From: a virus
Lineage: Duplodnaviria > Caudoviricetes
IMG/VR virus record: IMGVR_UViG_3300034101_005442
Coordinates: 1-52,128 of that record
Reading direction: 5' to 3' (one strand)
Length of the DNA stretch: 52,128 nucleotides
In this document: positions 10,825 through 20,033 of the stretch, in pieces
How the letters are laid out: every line of letters begins with the position of its first letter
Position numbering within the stretch: the stretch's first letter is position 1
Made by a program: the position numbers and the translations under genes
Notes under the pieces: model-generated
Databases searched by the model: none
What the model saw: the letters and a program-made list of their open reading frames with translations, nothing else
What the model was told of the DNA's origin: nothing

Positions 10825-13806
10825 TCACGGAGTTCCACCATCAATAATAAAGTTAAGTAAATATGTCGAATTATTTACACCACTAATTGATGTACTAGTG
10901 AATACATTATTAATTCCAGCAACTGTTGTTACTCCACTAATACCTGTTATTGTAATATTACCAGCAGAGAAATTACCACTAGAATCTCTTAGTACTAATG
11001 TACTAGCAGTATTTGTTGAAGCTCCCAAATCAGTTCTAACACCACTTAATGATCTATAATCTAGTGTTCTGGCCGTGCCTCCTGTTGAATCGTTGGCAAA
11101 AACAGCAAAACCACTAACAGAAGAAGCGGCGGTATTTTTGAGAGATATTCCACTATTAAATACTGGAGCATTCTCAAAAGTTTTAACTCCGCTTATGGTT
11201 TGAGCTCCTGTAATATAAACTCCATTAGTTACTGTGGCAGCATTACCTAATATACCAATATTCCAAGTATTTCCAGTAGCACCATCACCAGTAGTAGATG
11301 GAGCTCCAATACTATTGTAAGATATTGTTCTTGCTACTGAACCATTAAAAGTAAGACCTGTTGCGGCTCCATTACCAGTGCTACTAAATGTTAAAGCATT
11401 AGTAACACTACTAGCACTTCCAATTATATTTATAGTATAATTACCACTTAGTCTTCCACTAGCAATAGTACCAGTACTAATATTATCGGCATTTAGTGAT
11501 GTTATAAGACTACCATTACCAATAAATCCTGTTGCGTAAATATTATTTGCCGAAAAATTACTTTGAGCATCTCTAAGTACTATGGAACTTGCAACTGTTC
11601 CAGTAGAAACAGCATAACCATCATTTAGAGTTGTTCCGGTTGTTCCGCTCCATGTTGGAATATAACCAGATGTTCTACCAGCATATGCTATCATCTGACT
11701 ATTATTTGATACGTTATTCAAACTTAAGTCTGATTTGAAATCACTAATACTTCTAGATGCTAAACTCTGAACACTAAGCGTTGGATTGGTTCCAGTAAAT
11801 ACAGGAATACTTGTTGCAGATGCGCCGCTTGATGGGGCCTGATATCTTATTGTTTTCTTAAAATCAAATGTGCCCCCAGCAACACTACTATCAAAAACTA
11901 GATTATCTCCAACACCTTGCCAAGAGATAGTTGCAGTATTAGATCCTTCTTGGAATGTGAGAGTACCAGTACCATTAGATGAAGTATTAATACCAACATT
12001 AGTTGTTGATCCATTATTAAAGGTTTTAATACCACTAATAGTTTGCGTACCAGTAACCATAACAACAACATTAGTATCAACAGCAACAGTATCTTGTCCA
12101 ACACTGATACCATATCCTGCTCCGATATTTAATGTGGGACTACCACTTAAAGAAAGATTACTATTTCCATCTAAACCGCTACCTGGAAATATAGTAACTC
12201 CAATTGGCATTCTTCCACTTATTTGAGTTTGAATATTACCAGTAACATTGCTTAAATAGCTTAGTTCTGTTAGTGTTGGAGATCCTGTAGATACAATTTG
12301 TTTATTTCCATCAAATATTGCTATGGTGCTAGCTGTAGCACCAGTAACAAATATATTACTTCCACTAATATTGCCATTACTAACTAATGATCCTACCTTG
12401 ATGCGACCAAGAGTTCCAGCACCATAATCATTACCAGCAATGGTTCCTGTGGTTGAACTAAGGAAAGAAAATTCACTATTTTGAGCATCCCAGCCCATAA
12501 AGCCTGTGGCTGCTGCTCCGTTCCAGTATCTAAACTGAATACCTCTATCTAGACCGTCATTAACAATAGTTCCTGTTCCACCAAGAGTAATAACAGGATC
12601 TTCAACTTGCATAGTTGAAACATTAGCAGTTATTGTATCTCCTTGAACAATCAGATTTCCTCCAACAGTAACATCTCCTGTTGTTGTTAAGCCTGAAATA
12701 GTCACATTTGGATTTAATCCAATAGACGGATTACCTCCAACTCCATCTCCATTTGCTATTAGTATATTATTACCACTAGCTCCAATGGTTCTGGCCACAA
12801 CAGTATCTGTTCCTGATCGTGCTATAAAACCATTAGTATTTAGATTATGTAAAGCTAAAGCTTGTCCACTCAAAGCTAAGCTTAATGTTCCATTGCCTGT
12901 GGAATTATATGATAGCTGTAATCCAGTACTAGCAACAAATTCTGTGCTAACACAATCGCCAACACTATTACAAAAACCAGTTAAATCTGTAATATCTGAC
13001 CAACCATGTTTATGTCCTTGTAAACTAACTCCTGTTGGAGCTCCACTTGGTCCAACAGATAAACCGCTAGTAAAAATACCATTTCCATCAACAATAAATG
13101 GATTAGCTTGAAAAACAAGAGGACCATGAGCAAGTATAGCAGCTGCTAACGAAATATCTATATTTTGACCAACATAAAGATTACCCACACGAAGATCAGT
13201 ACCAGAAATACTGCTACTAACTATTGAGGTTAATCCTGTAAGACTTGCTGGTAGTGATATTCTTGGATTATCACTAATACCATCTGCATTTGTAATGTCA
13301 ATATTTGCGCCAGATGCTAATGATCTGGTAACAACACCACTAGAGTTTGTTCCAACAATAATTCCGCTAGTATTTAAATTACTTAGTGTTTGTAGTCTGT
13401 TGCTTAAACCGAAACTCCAGCCACTACCAGTTGGTGCAGTAGTTCCGTTCCCAGTAATCGGGGTGGCAGATAATGATATACCGTTACCACTAGTAACTAT
13501 ACTATTATGAATAGTATATGAATTAGTTGTTGAATTAAATTGTGTTGATATTCCACTTCCTACTCCGCTAGTATTAGAATATCCAGGAAGTATATTAGAT
13601 CCTCCAGCGTATGGTAAACTTCCCCACGCATTAACACCATCTCCTATTTTAAATCTTCCGGTATCAATTTCAAAACCAATTTCACCCTGAGATAAACTAG
13701 AGATATTTGCCCAAGTATTACCAGAAACAAGCAATCCTCCTATAGCAGGTCCAGCATACCCTGTTGAATAACCTCTTCTTACTTGAATTTTAGTATTAAC
13801 TGGCAT
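10825..13806 (-). CDS. Tail fibre protein with Mtd-type N-terminal anchor
   Basis: 993 aa. IQVRRG..GEIGFEIDTGRFKIGDG..W.SLPY, VGGNLIVQG..VEDP.I.L, DRGIQFRY, VLRDSSGNFSA and terminal IDGGTP motifs. Confidence 0.8.
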   Translation of the reverse strand: MPVNTKIQVRRGYSTGYAGPAIGGLLVSGNTWANISSLSQGEIGFEIDTGRFKIGDGVNAWGSLPYAGGSNILPGYSNTSGVGSGISTQFNSTTNSYTIHNSIVTSGNGISLSATPITGNGTTAPTGSGWSFGLSNRLQTLSNLNTSGIIVGTNSSGVVTRSLASGANIDITNADGISDNPRISLPASLTGLTSIVSSSISGTDLRVGNLYVGQNIDISLAAAILAHGPLVFQANPFIVDGNGIFTSGLSVGPSGAPTGVSLQGHKHGWSDITDLTGFCNSVGDCVSTEFVASTGLQLSYNSTGNGTLSLALSGQALALHNLNTNGFIARSGTDTVVARTIGASGNNILIANGDGVGGNPSIGLNPNVTISGLTTTGDVTVGGNLIVQGDTITANVSTMQVEDPVITLGGTGTIVNDGLDRGIQFRYWNGAAATGFMGWDAQNSEFSFLSSTTGTIAGNDYGAGTLGRIKVGSLVSNGNISGSNIFVTGATASTIAIFDGNKQIVSTGSPTLTELSYLSNVTGNIQTQISGRMPIGVTIFPGSGLDGNSNLSLSGSPTLNIGAGYGISVGQDTVAVDTNVVVMVTGTQTISGIKTFNNGSTTNVGINTSSNGTGTLTFQEGSNTATISWQGVGDNLVFDSSVAGGTFDFKKTIRYQAPSSGASATSIPVFTGTNPTLSVQSLASRSISDFKSDLSLNNVSNNSQMIAYAGRTSGYIPTWSGTTGTTLNDGYAVSTGTVASSIVLRDAQSNFSANNIYATGFIGNGSLITSLNADNISTGTIASGRLSGNYTINIIGSASSVTNALTFSSTGNGAATGLTFNGSVARTISYNSIGAPSTTGDGATGNTWNIGILGNAATVTNGVYITGAQTISGVKTFENAPVFNSGISLKNTAASSVSGFAVFANDSTGGTARTLDYRSLSGVRTDLGASTNTASTLVLRDSSGNFSAGNITITGISGVTTVAGINNVFTSTSISGVNNSTYLLNFIIDGGTP

Positions 13807-13850
13807 AACTATATCTCCATATTATTTTAATTTTGATATTATAAAACTAT

Positions 13851-13858
13851 TATACACT
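13851..13858 (-). promoter_or_regulatory. Candidate late promoter motif AGTGTATA
   Basis: 47 nt upstream of the start at 13806; intergenic. Confidence 0.6.
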
Positions 13859-13864
13859 ATAATT

Positions 13865-14221
13865 TCAATTAGATGCAGGATAACCGCAATCAAATGAATA
13901 TTGATCTAAATAACCACTAAGTCCAACATTATTATCTCCCCAAAGTAAACTATCAACATGCACTGTTGCATTATCACTAAGAAATTCGGTAATATAATCA
14001 CCCAAACCATCTATTCTAGTATAGTGTAAATTACCACTAATTTTACTCATAGGAATATTGTCTGGTAAGTCACTCCAAAGTATCTTTTCTGTATTAACAA
14101 TCTCTATATTAAAACTTTCTGATCTTTCTATTTCAATATTATTAATATTTTCGATAAAGCTAGTGCTTACGTCTAAATAATTAATAGTTGGTTCTAATAT
14201 TTCTAATATAAAATCGCTCAT
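13865..14221 (-). CDS. Hypothetical acidic structural protein
   Basis: Likely start MSDF at 14221, overlapping the upstream stop (ATGA); ends in FDCG, similar to fibre-associated IDGG/FDCG tails. Confidence 0.55.
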   Translation of the reverse strand: MSDFILEILEPTINYLDVSTSFIENINNIEIERSESFNIEIVNTEKILWSDLPDNIPMSKISGNLHYTRIDGLGDYITEFLSDNATVHVDSLLWGDNNVGLSGYLDQYSFDCGYPASN

Positions 14222-14637
14222 ATTGAGCAATCCAGTTCTGTTGATGTTTGACTATATCTCTTAACAACATTAATGGTTCCAAATAATAATCTAACAGTAT
14301 ATTTACCACCATCATTTGGCGATCCGCTACCATAAAAAGGCTCATTTGACTGTAATTCTAAGTCATATTTTGCTGTGGAAAAAAGAAAACTATTTGTTGT
14401 ATAAGATGGAATAAGTAGTGTTATTTTTCCTTCTTCATCATTAATAACAAATTTATACATATTATGGTTAACTTCTTCACTACTTAATACCTGGATCATA
14501 CCAGTATTTGTTTTCCATATTAATCTAGCACAATAATTGGTCAAATTGATTGGGATTCCGGCAGAATCTTTATATATTATACTCAACTTAAATGATGAGC
14601 CTTGTTCTATAGCAAAATCATATTTGCTTGCTGCCAT
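14218..14637 (-). CDS. Ig-like fibre/baseplate attachment protein (BppU N-terminal-like)
   Basis: YDFAIEQGSSF.L.I.YKD..G.PINLTNY.A, G.ITL.I, AKYDLEL, RLL.G.I.V pattern. Confidence 0.65.
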   Translation of the reverse strand: MAASKYDFAIEQGSSFKLSIIYKDSAGIPINLTNYCARLIWKTNTGMIQVLSSEEVNHNMYKFVINDEEGKITLLIPSYTTNSFLFSTAKYDLELQSNEPFYGSGSPNDGGKYTVRLLFGTINVVKRYSQTSTELDCSI

Positions 14638-14673
14638 AGTAATAGCACCTTTATGTTATAAGACACAATATTC

Positions 14674-14681
14674 AATACACC
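14674..14681 (-). promoter_or_regulatory. Candidate late promoter motif GGTGTATT
   Basis: Immediately downstream of the capsid terminator and 39 nt upstream of 14637. Confidence 0.6.
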
Positions 14682-14682
14682 T

Positions 14683-14714
14683 AAAAAAAAAGGCCAGCCG
14701 TTAGGCCAGCCTTT
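14683..14714 (-). terminator. Rho-independent terminator after the major capsid gene
   Basis: Minus strand reads AAAGGCTGGCC-TAAC-GGCTGGCCTTT, running into a T9 tract, about 25 nt after the capsid stop. Confidence 0.9.
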
Positions 14715-14739
14715 AATTTTCAGATGATTAATTATCTGA

Positions 14740-15750
14740 TCATAGAGATCCGAGGATAACTCTGCGATTATCAAGAACAGCGAAGCCCTGTTCTGCCCAT
14801 CCGTAGAAGCCAGCTCTCTTTTGACGATGTAGTGTTTCGTCTTCAAAAATTTGAACTTCTGCACGAACTGGCATAATGAAACTGTCTCTCTTGCGTAAAT
14901 CAAGACCAACAATAATTTCACTATCGCCTGATGGTAGTGTTGCTTGTAGAACATTGCTATAGAATAGCTGATATTCTTGTCCAACACCCAACTCGTCTCT
15001 ATCATGAAGATTAACACCAAAAACTCTATTAAGAGTTCCGTCAGCGGCTGTATAAATCTCACGACGAGTAAATTCGTCGATCTGATCGATGCCCCAGTTA
15101 CGGATATCTTCCATAGCCTCTGGTGAGACATAAAGATCTGTTAGGATACCACGATTGGTACTAGCACTATTACCGCCACCGTTTCTACGCATAACGGTCT
15201 TCATTAAACTTACTAATCTCTTAGTAAATTGATTTGGAGAAGCATCGCTATCGTATACAACGATATTGCGGTCAACACCAGCAGCAAGTAGTGTGTGCCA
15301 ACCGTCATCATTCATCTTCTTGACGAATGAACCTTCAAGAACTTCCATAGCACGACCAACAACATCCCAACGAGCATCACGAGCATATTTCAATAGATAG
15401 TCTATTGAAGATCCTATGTCATAGGTTGGAACCATGACATAATCACTCTCGACATGCTTTTCTGGAATGTAGCCGTGGTTTGGAATTGTATAGGCTACGA
15501 AGTCTTTTTCTGTTCCAGGAGCTAGGAAATCTAGTGGAAATTCAGGAGTAGCACCTTGCTGAAGCTGGATTGGCTCGAAGATGCCGTCTAGAATATCACC
15601 ACTAAGAAGACCTTTTCTCAATGGAAGCTCAAGTGCTTTTGCAAATTCTGCATTAGCGGCAAGAGCAACTTCTCTATTTTGCGAGCCAGAACGAACAAGA
15701 AGTTCTGTTAATTCTGGCGAAGGCTGAAATCTTTCTGTTTTAGCTGACAT
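14740..15750 (-). CDS. Major capsid protein (HK97 fold, inferred)
   Basis: 336 aa; canonical position after portal, protease and decoration genes; GGGAG RBS; followed by a strong terminator; C-terminal GFYGWAEQGFAVLD..V resembles capsid C-termini. Confidence 0.8.
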   Translation of the reverse strand: MSAKTERFQPSPELTELLVRSGSQNREVALAANAEFAKALELPLRKGLLSGDILDGIFEPIQLQQGATPEFPLDFLAPGTEKDFVAYTIPNHGYIPEKHVESDYVMVPTYDIGSSIDYLLKYARDARWDVVGRAMEVLEGSFVKKMNDDGWHTLLAAGVDRNIVVYDSDASPNQFTKRLVSLMKTVMRRNGGGNSASTNRGILTDLYVSPEAMEDIRNWGIDQIDEFTRREIYTAADGTLNRVFGVNLHDRDELGVGQEYQLFYSNVLQATLPSGDSEIIVGLDLRKRDSFIMPVRAEVQIFEDETLHRQKRAGFYGWAEQGFAVLDNRRVILGSL

Positions 15751-15764
15751 TTTTTTCTCCCTTA

Positions 15765-16223
15765 TCAGGTGATATTGATATCTACTTTGACATAACCATC
15801 AGAATCTTTGCCACCAAGGAATCGGCCAACTTTGGTGCTATCTGTACTTACAGTTGTTAACTTACCATTTGCATTATAATAAGCATCAGCACCGGCTGTT
15901 GGGGATACTCCTGTGGCGACTACGTTAGTACTAACTTGACCCTGACGTAGTAGAGTAACCTTACCACCAACCTGCACTTCATCGCGGTACCAATTGATGT
16001 GTTGTCTTGTTAGATCAAGATTAACAACATCGTTCAATAGAAGACCAGCTGGATTGGTTCCAGCAAGAACTCCGGTTGGATAACCTACAACAGCATTAGC
16101 ATCATCCATTGAAACACCAGATCCACTGGTTAGATGAACGACTACGCCGCCTCTTTCAGCAACTGTGTTCATGAAGTATGAAATGTCTGTGTAAGCTTCG
16201 ATACGATCTGGTTTAAGAGCCAT
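15765..16223 (-). CDS. Capsid decoration / cement protein
   Basis: 152 aa directly upstream of the capsid gene; GKVTLLRQGQV..PTAG..AY..GKLT..VGRFL..D.DGYVKV.IN pattern; GGGAG RBS. Confidence 0.65.
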   Translation of the reverse strand: MALKPDRIEAYTDISYFMNTVAERGGVVVHLTSGSGVSMDDANAVVGYPTGVLAGTNPAGLLLNDVVNLDLTRQHINWYRDEVQVGGKVTLLRQGQVSTNVVATGVSPTAGADAYYNANGKLTTVSTDSTKVGRFLGGKDSDGYVKVDINIT

Positions 16224-16237
16224 TTTATTCTCCCTTA

Positions 16238-17761
16238 TTAGAGTTTCTTACCTAATCTGCTTGAAACAAATTCTACTAATGCTGCTCTGGTGGTTTCGAC
16301 AGAATTGTCTACTTCTCCACCAACTCCAAGATTAACTTGTTCTTCAACTTCAACATTTTCTAAAGCTGCTTCTGTAACTAAATCAGAAGGCTTTGTCTCA
16401 GTGTTGTCTGAGCTTTCTACTTTATCTGCAACTTTTGATTTTTTCTTCATAACAGCAGCTAGTGATGTTACTGCTTCAAAAGCTTCATCATCTAAAGATT
16501 CTAGTTTATCTACTGTAGCTTGAGCTTCTTCAGTATCTAAACCATTCTCTATTAAAGTAGCCATTCTTTTCATCTTTTTCTCTTTTTTCATCATCTCTTC
16601 TTCTTTGCCTTTGTATCCGGCAATAACTTCCAAAGCAGCATCAAGTTCTGATTGTGCTTTTTTGTATTCTTCCATTTTTTTCTTCATAGCTTCGTCAGCT
16701 GTTTTAGCGGCTAGTTCTTTTTCTGAGTTTAGAACTTCTAGAGCTGCTGTTATTTCTGCTATCTTAGCTTCATGACTTTTTATTGTTTCGTTATTAGCCT
16801 TGATAACTTCCTCTAATGATAGAATAGTTTCAGAGGCTGTTTGAGCTGTTTTAACTTCCATAGCTTCGATCTTTGATTTGATATCAGCTACTTCTTTCAT
16901 TACTGGATCTATATCTAAACTCATAGTATTGTTCTCCATGCTATTGGTTAACTGTTTATCAGATACACCTGATATTGAAAAATCTTCATTTTTTTCGAGC
17001 AAAGTATTTTTAATTTGTGCAGAAGATGGTTTTTGAGTAAAGATTACGCTGTCTGGATTAGCTGGTTTGTTAACAAAACCTTTGCCAGAAAACGTAATAT
17101 TTCTTAGTACTCTGCCAATTTTATAATCTTGATGTTCTCCTAGTCCACCATAAGATCTTAAGTATTTTGTGAGGTAGGCGGTCTCATTATTTCTAGCTAA
17201 TATTTTGTATTCGCCACTATCTTTATTTAATAATCCATAATCAAATCCCTTAAATAAACATTCCATACTAACGTATTTTTGACCATTTTCTATTTCGGCA
17301 ATCAATTTATCCGATCTTTCTCTGAGTTCTGGACTAGAGAATGCTTTATAGATAACTGAACCTGTTAAAATATGATATTTATCTGGTAAATTTTCTAATG
17401 GGGTATTTTCATCAATCAAAATACCGTCTTCTGTGATGGGATAATTGGATACTATATGGCCAATTATTGTACTTTCATCATGTTCAAGATTGGTCGGTTT
17501 GTCTTCTGGAGTATTTTTAGCTAACCATATTTCTGTTTTATCAAAAATATCGTCATTTTTATTCCAACTAGAAGTAACTAAAATAGATTGAACATAATAA
17601 AGATCTTGATCATCTAATGAAGCAATGCTCTTTATATGCTTCATTGTATTAGTAATATTATTATCTGAGCATGGTTGTGCTAGAGCAGCATAAGATAGTG
17701 ATGCAGAAGATCTAATTAGGTTTTCTAGACCATCATCATATTCTTGCTGAAATATATGCAT
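16238..17761 (-). CDS. Prohead protease-scaffold fusion
   Basis: N-terminal domain with NKNDD.F, NLEHD (His), VSMEC (Ser) and FSGKGFVNKPANP; long acidic/Lys/Ala coiled-coil C-terminus; lies between portal and capsid genes. Confidence 0.7.
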   Translation of the reverse strand: MHIFQQEYDDGLENLIRSSASLSYAALAQPCSDNNITNTMKHIKSIASLDDQDLYYVQSILVTSSWNKNDDIFDKTEIWLAKNTPEDKPTNLEHDESTIIGHIVSNYPITEDGILIDENTPLENLPDKYHILTGSVIYKAFSSPELRERSDKLIAEIENGQKYVSMECLFKGFDYGLLNKDSGEYKILARNNETAYLTKYLRSYGGLGEHQDYKIGRVLRNITFSGKGFVNKPANPDSVIFTQKPSSAQIKNTLLEKNEDFSISGVSDKQLTNSMENNTMSLDIDPVMKEVADIKSKIEAMEVKTAQTASETILSLEEVIKANNETIKSHEAKIAEITAALEVLNSEKELAAKTADEAMKKKMEEYKKAQSELDAALEVIAGYKGKEEEMMKKEKKMKRMATLIENGLDTEEAQATVDKLESLDDEAFEAVTSLAAVMKKKSKVADKVESSDNTETKPSDLVTEAALENVEVEEQVNLGVGGEVDNSVETTRAALVEFVSSRLGKKL

Positions 17762-17772
17762 AAAATAACTCC

Positions 17773-19977
17773 TTAAGTAATATTACTGTACACCATAGAA
17801 TAATAAGATATTTTGGCCTGTTTTTGTTGATCACTTGAAAGAGGTTCTGATTGTTCAGCTGCTACTTGTTTTATCCAATTTTGATAATTATTGTATATGG
17901 ACGCATTTTCTGCTAAATCCATATCAGCTATATAATTATTGAAATTGTCTTTGGTAATAGATGCGTTTGGTTTTATAGATAAAAATAGTTTAGTCTTAAA
18001 TTTTTCTATTTCTTTACTTTCTTCAGAAGATAAACTTCTAAGATCTTTTTTCCCATAAAATTCTAATAATATTGGATTCATTATTTGATTAATTTCATCT
18101 TGGGCTTTAATTGCCCATAGCATAATAGATGCTCCAGTTTGTGGAGAAAATGTTTTTGTCTTTCTCGTTGTTTGGTCTTTTGAATTTTTTGGGCGACCTT
18201 GTTGGGGCTGTCCAGATAACGATTCTGGCGAATCGTTTGCCAACTTAGTTGGCTTTGGAGGCATTCCAGGAACTTGTGGCGTTTTAAGTTCTATTGCGTT
18301 TTTTTCTCCTCCCTTCTTTTTGTCCAGTTCTAAACCTATTTGGCTAGGACTCACTATTCCTGTTTGCAATGCTATCTTCTTTAATGACTTTTCAAACTCA
18401 GGATCAAACCATGGACCAGATTTTTGAACCATGCGACTACTATCTCTTTCTCTGCTTTCTCTATTTAATCTATTCTTTTCAATATCTGGATCAAAACCAA
18501 ATCTTGTTTGTAATAGTTCATCGCTTATGAGATTTCTATCTGCTAGTTGTACTAGTAAAGCTTTTTCAGTATCTTCATTACTAAGATCCATTCTATCAAA
18601 TTCTATTCTTGCTGGATATTTAAATCCCATAGCTTTTTGTACTAATGCTATTTCTTGTTCCCAGAATTCAACCAAAACATCTCTACCGTATTGTAATCTT
18701 TGTGTTAATGTTTTTAAACTGATAAAGTTATTAGTTGTTCCGGCAGCGCCGAACGTTCCGGTGAGTGTTGGAGGTATACCTAATCCGGCATAAACACTAT
18801 TTAAATGCGGAATATATTTTCCTTCTCCTAGAAAATTATGAACATTGGTATTGCTTTCTATAAGCTCAATGTCTGGACCCCAAATTAAATCCATTGTGCC
18901 ACCACCAACGTTATTGCCTAGGATACTAGCTAGTTTTGATGTTGCTGCTTTTGTTGGTGCAATTTTATGTTCTAAATTACCTAATTTAAATATTCTAATA
19001 TTACTAATTGCTCCGTCTAAAGCTGACATATCTGCTAATTTTAATTTTTCAATTACGGCAATATCGTCCATGATAGCATATATCATTGGATATGCCCAAC
19101 TCTGCCAATCATCTTTTTTATAATGAAATACTGCGATCTTGTTTGGGTCGAGTGGATATCCTTTTTTGATTTTAGCTGCTTCAATAATTTCTTGAGGAAG
19201 ACTTGCTACAACCATTTTTTCTGCATCTGTTTTTGGGTTATTTATAACCTTTCTAAGAGAAGGAGGAACTTGTAGTTCATACGTTTTATTTGTAACGAAT
19301 GAAGACAATGCTCCGGCAGTTACATCAACAAATACCGGATCTATAAAAGTATATTTCCAAGGTATTTCTCTTTTTTCAATATTCATATCGTCCATATCTG
19401 ACATAACAGTATCTGGAGATCCAAGACTTTTATATAGTTTTTCTGTAATTTTTACGCTAATTTTTGCTGTTCTTCTATCAATAACAATATTTCCGCTTTT
19501 ATATAGATTGTTTAAAAATCTTTCACTTCTATCCTTACCATTAATTTTTTTGAACCATCTTCTATAAAATCTTTCTATTCTTTTATTCCTATGAACTAAT
19601 CGTATACCTTGACTAGCGAAATCGCCCATGAGATCAATAACATTTTTTACTAAACCAACCCTTTGATAAATTTCTTCTGCTTTTTTAAGAATTAATTTTA
19701 TTTTTACTGGAGGAGCTTCTTCTGGTCTAAAATTATAGTAGTCTTGTTTTGTTAATCCTGGGCGACCTCCGGTTGGGCCGTCAAGATTAGAAAAATCCAT
19801 ACGATATCTACCAAATGACGCTGTAGATTTATCTATAAGAGTAAATTCATCTAGGGCTGCTGAATTCTTAAAAGCCTCCCTTTTACTTTCTAAATCATCT
19901 CCCCATGTTATATAAGCTTCCTCATGGGTGATTGGCGCATTTTGAATAATTTCGTCTTTTGTTTTTCTTTTAGCCAT
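17773..19977 (-). CDS. Portal protein
   Basis: 734 aa directly after the terminase gene; VKNVIDLM.DF, VYAGLGIPPTL.G, ISDE.L..FGFDPD.E..R and a low-complexity GRP-containing tail typical of portals. Confidence 0.75.
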   Translation of the reverse strand: MAKRKTKDEIIQNAPITHEEAYITWGDDLESKREAFKNSAALDEFTLIDKSTASFGRYRMDFSNLDGPTGGRPGLTKQDYYNFRPEEAPPVKIKLILKKAEEIYQRVGLVKNVIDLMGDFASQGIRLVHRNKRIERFYRRWFKKINGKDRSERFLNNLYKSGNIVIDRRTAKISVKITEKLYKSLGSPDTVMSDMDDMNIEKREIPWKYTFIDPVFVDVTAGALSSFVTNKTYELQVPPSLRKVINNPKTDAEKMVVASLPQEIIEAAKIKKGYPLDPNKIAVFHYKKDDWQSWAYPMIYAIMDDIAVIEKLKLADMSALDGAISNIRIFKLGNLEHKIAPTKAATSKLASILGNNVGGGTMDLIWGPDIELIESNTNVHNFLGEGKYIPHLNSVYAGLGIPPTLTGTFGAAGTTNNFISLKTLTQRLQYGRDVLVEFWEQEIALVQKAMGFKYPARIEFDRMDLSNEDTEKALLVQLADRNLISDELLQTRFGFDPDIEKNRLNRESRERDSSRMVQKSGPWFDPEFEKSLKKIALQTGIVSPSQIGLELDKKKGGEKNAIELKTPQVPGMPPKPTKLANDSPESLSGQPQQGRPKNSKDQTTRKTKTFSPQTGASIMLWAIKAQDEINQIMNPILLEFYGKKDLRSLSSEESKEIEKFKTKLFLSIKPNASITKDNFNNYIADMDLAENASIYNNYQNWIKQVAAEQSEPLSSDQQKQAKISYYSMVYSNIT
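17787..17794 (-). promoter_or_regulatory. Candidate late promoter motif GGTGTACA
   Basis: 28 nt upstream of the protease-scaffold start, inside the 3' end of the portal gene. Confidence 0.5.
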
Positions 19978-20025
19978 AATTAATGATTATATCTTAATAG
20001 GATTGTAATTTGATTATATTATAAT

Positions 20026-20033
20026 TATACACT
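20026..20033 (-). promoter_or_regulatory. Candidate late promoter motif AGTGTATA
   Basis: 51 nt upstream of the portal start; intergenic. Confidence 0.6.

Noticed and set aside
7118-13806. Diversity-generating retroelement suggested by Mtd-type N-termini
   Set aside because: No reverse transcriptase and no template/variable repeat pair differing at adenines was seen; this N-terminal anchor is common without a DGR.
14607-15131. 174-aa ORF overlapping the capsid gene
   Set aside because: Alternate frame that runs through the terminator; no RBS or recognisable motif.
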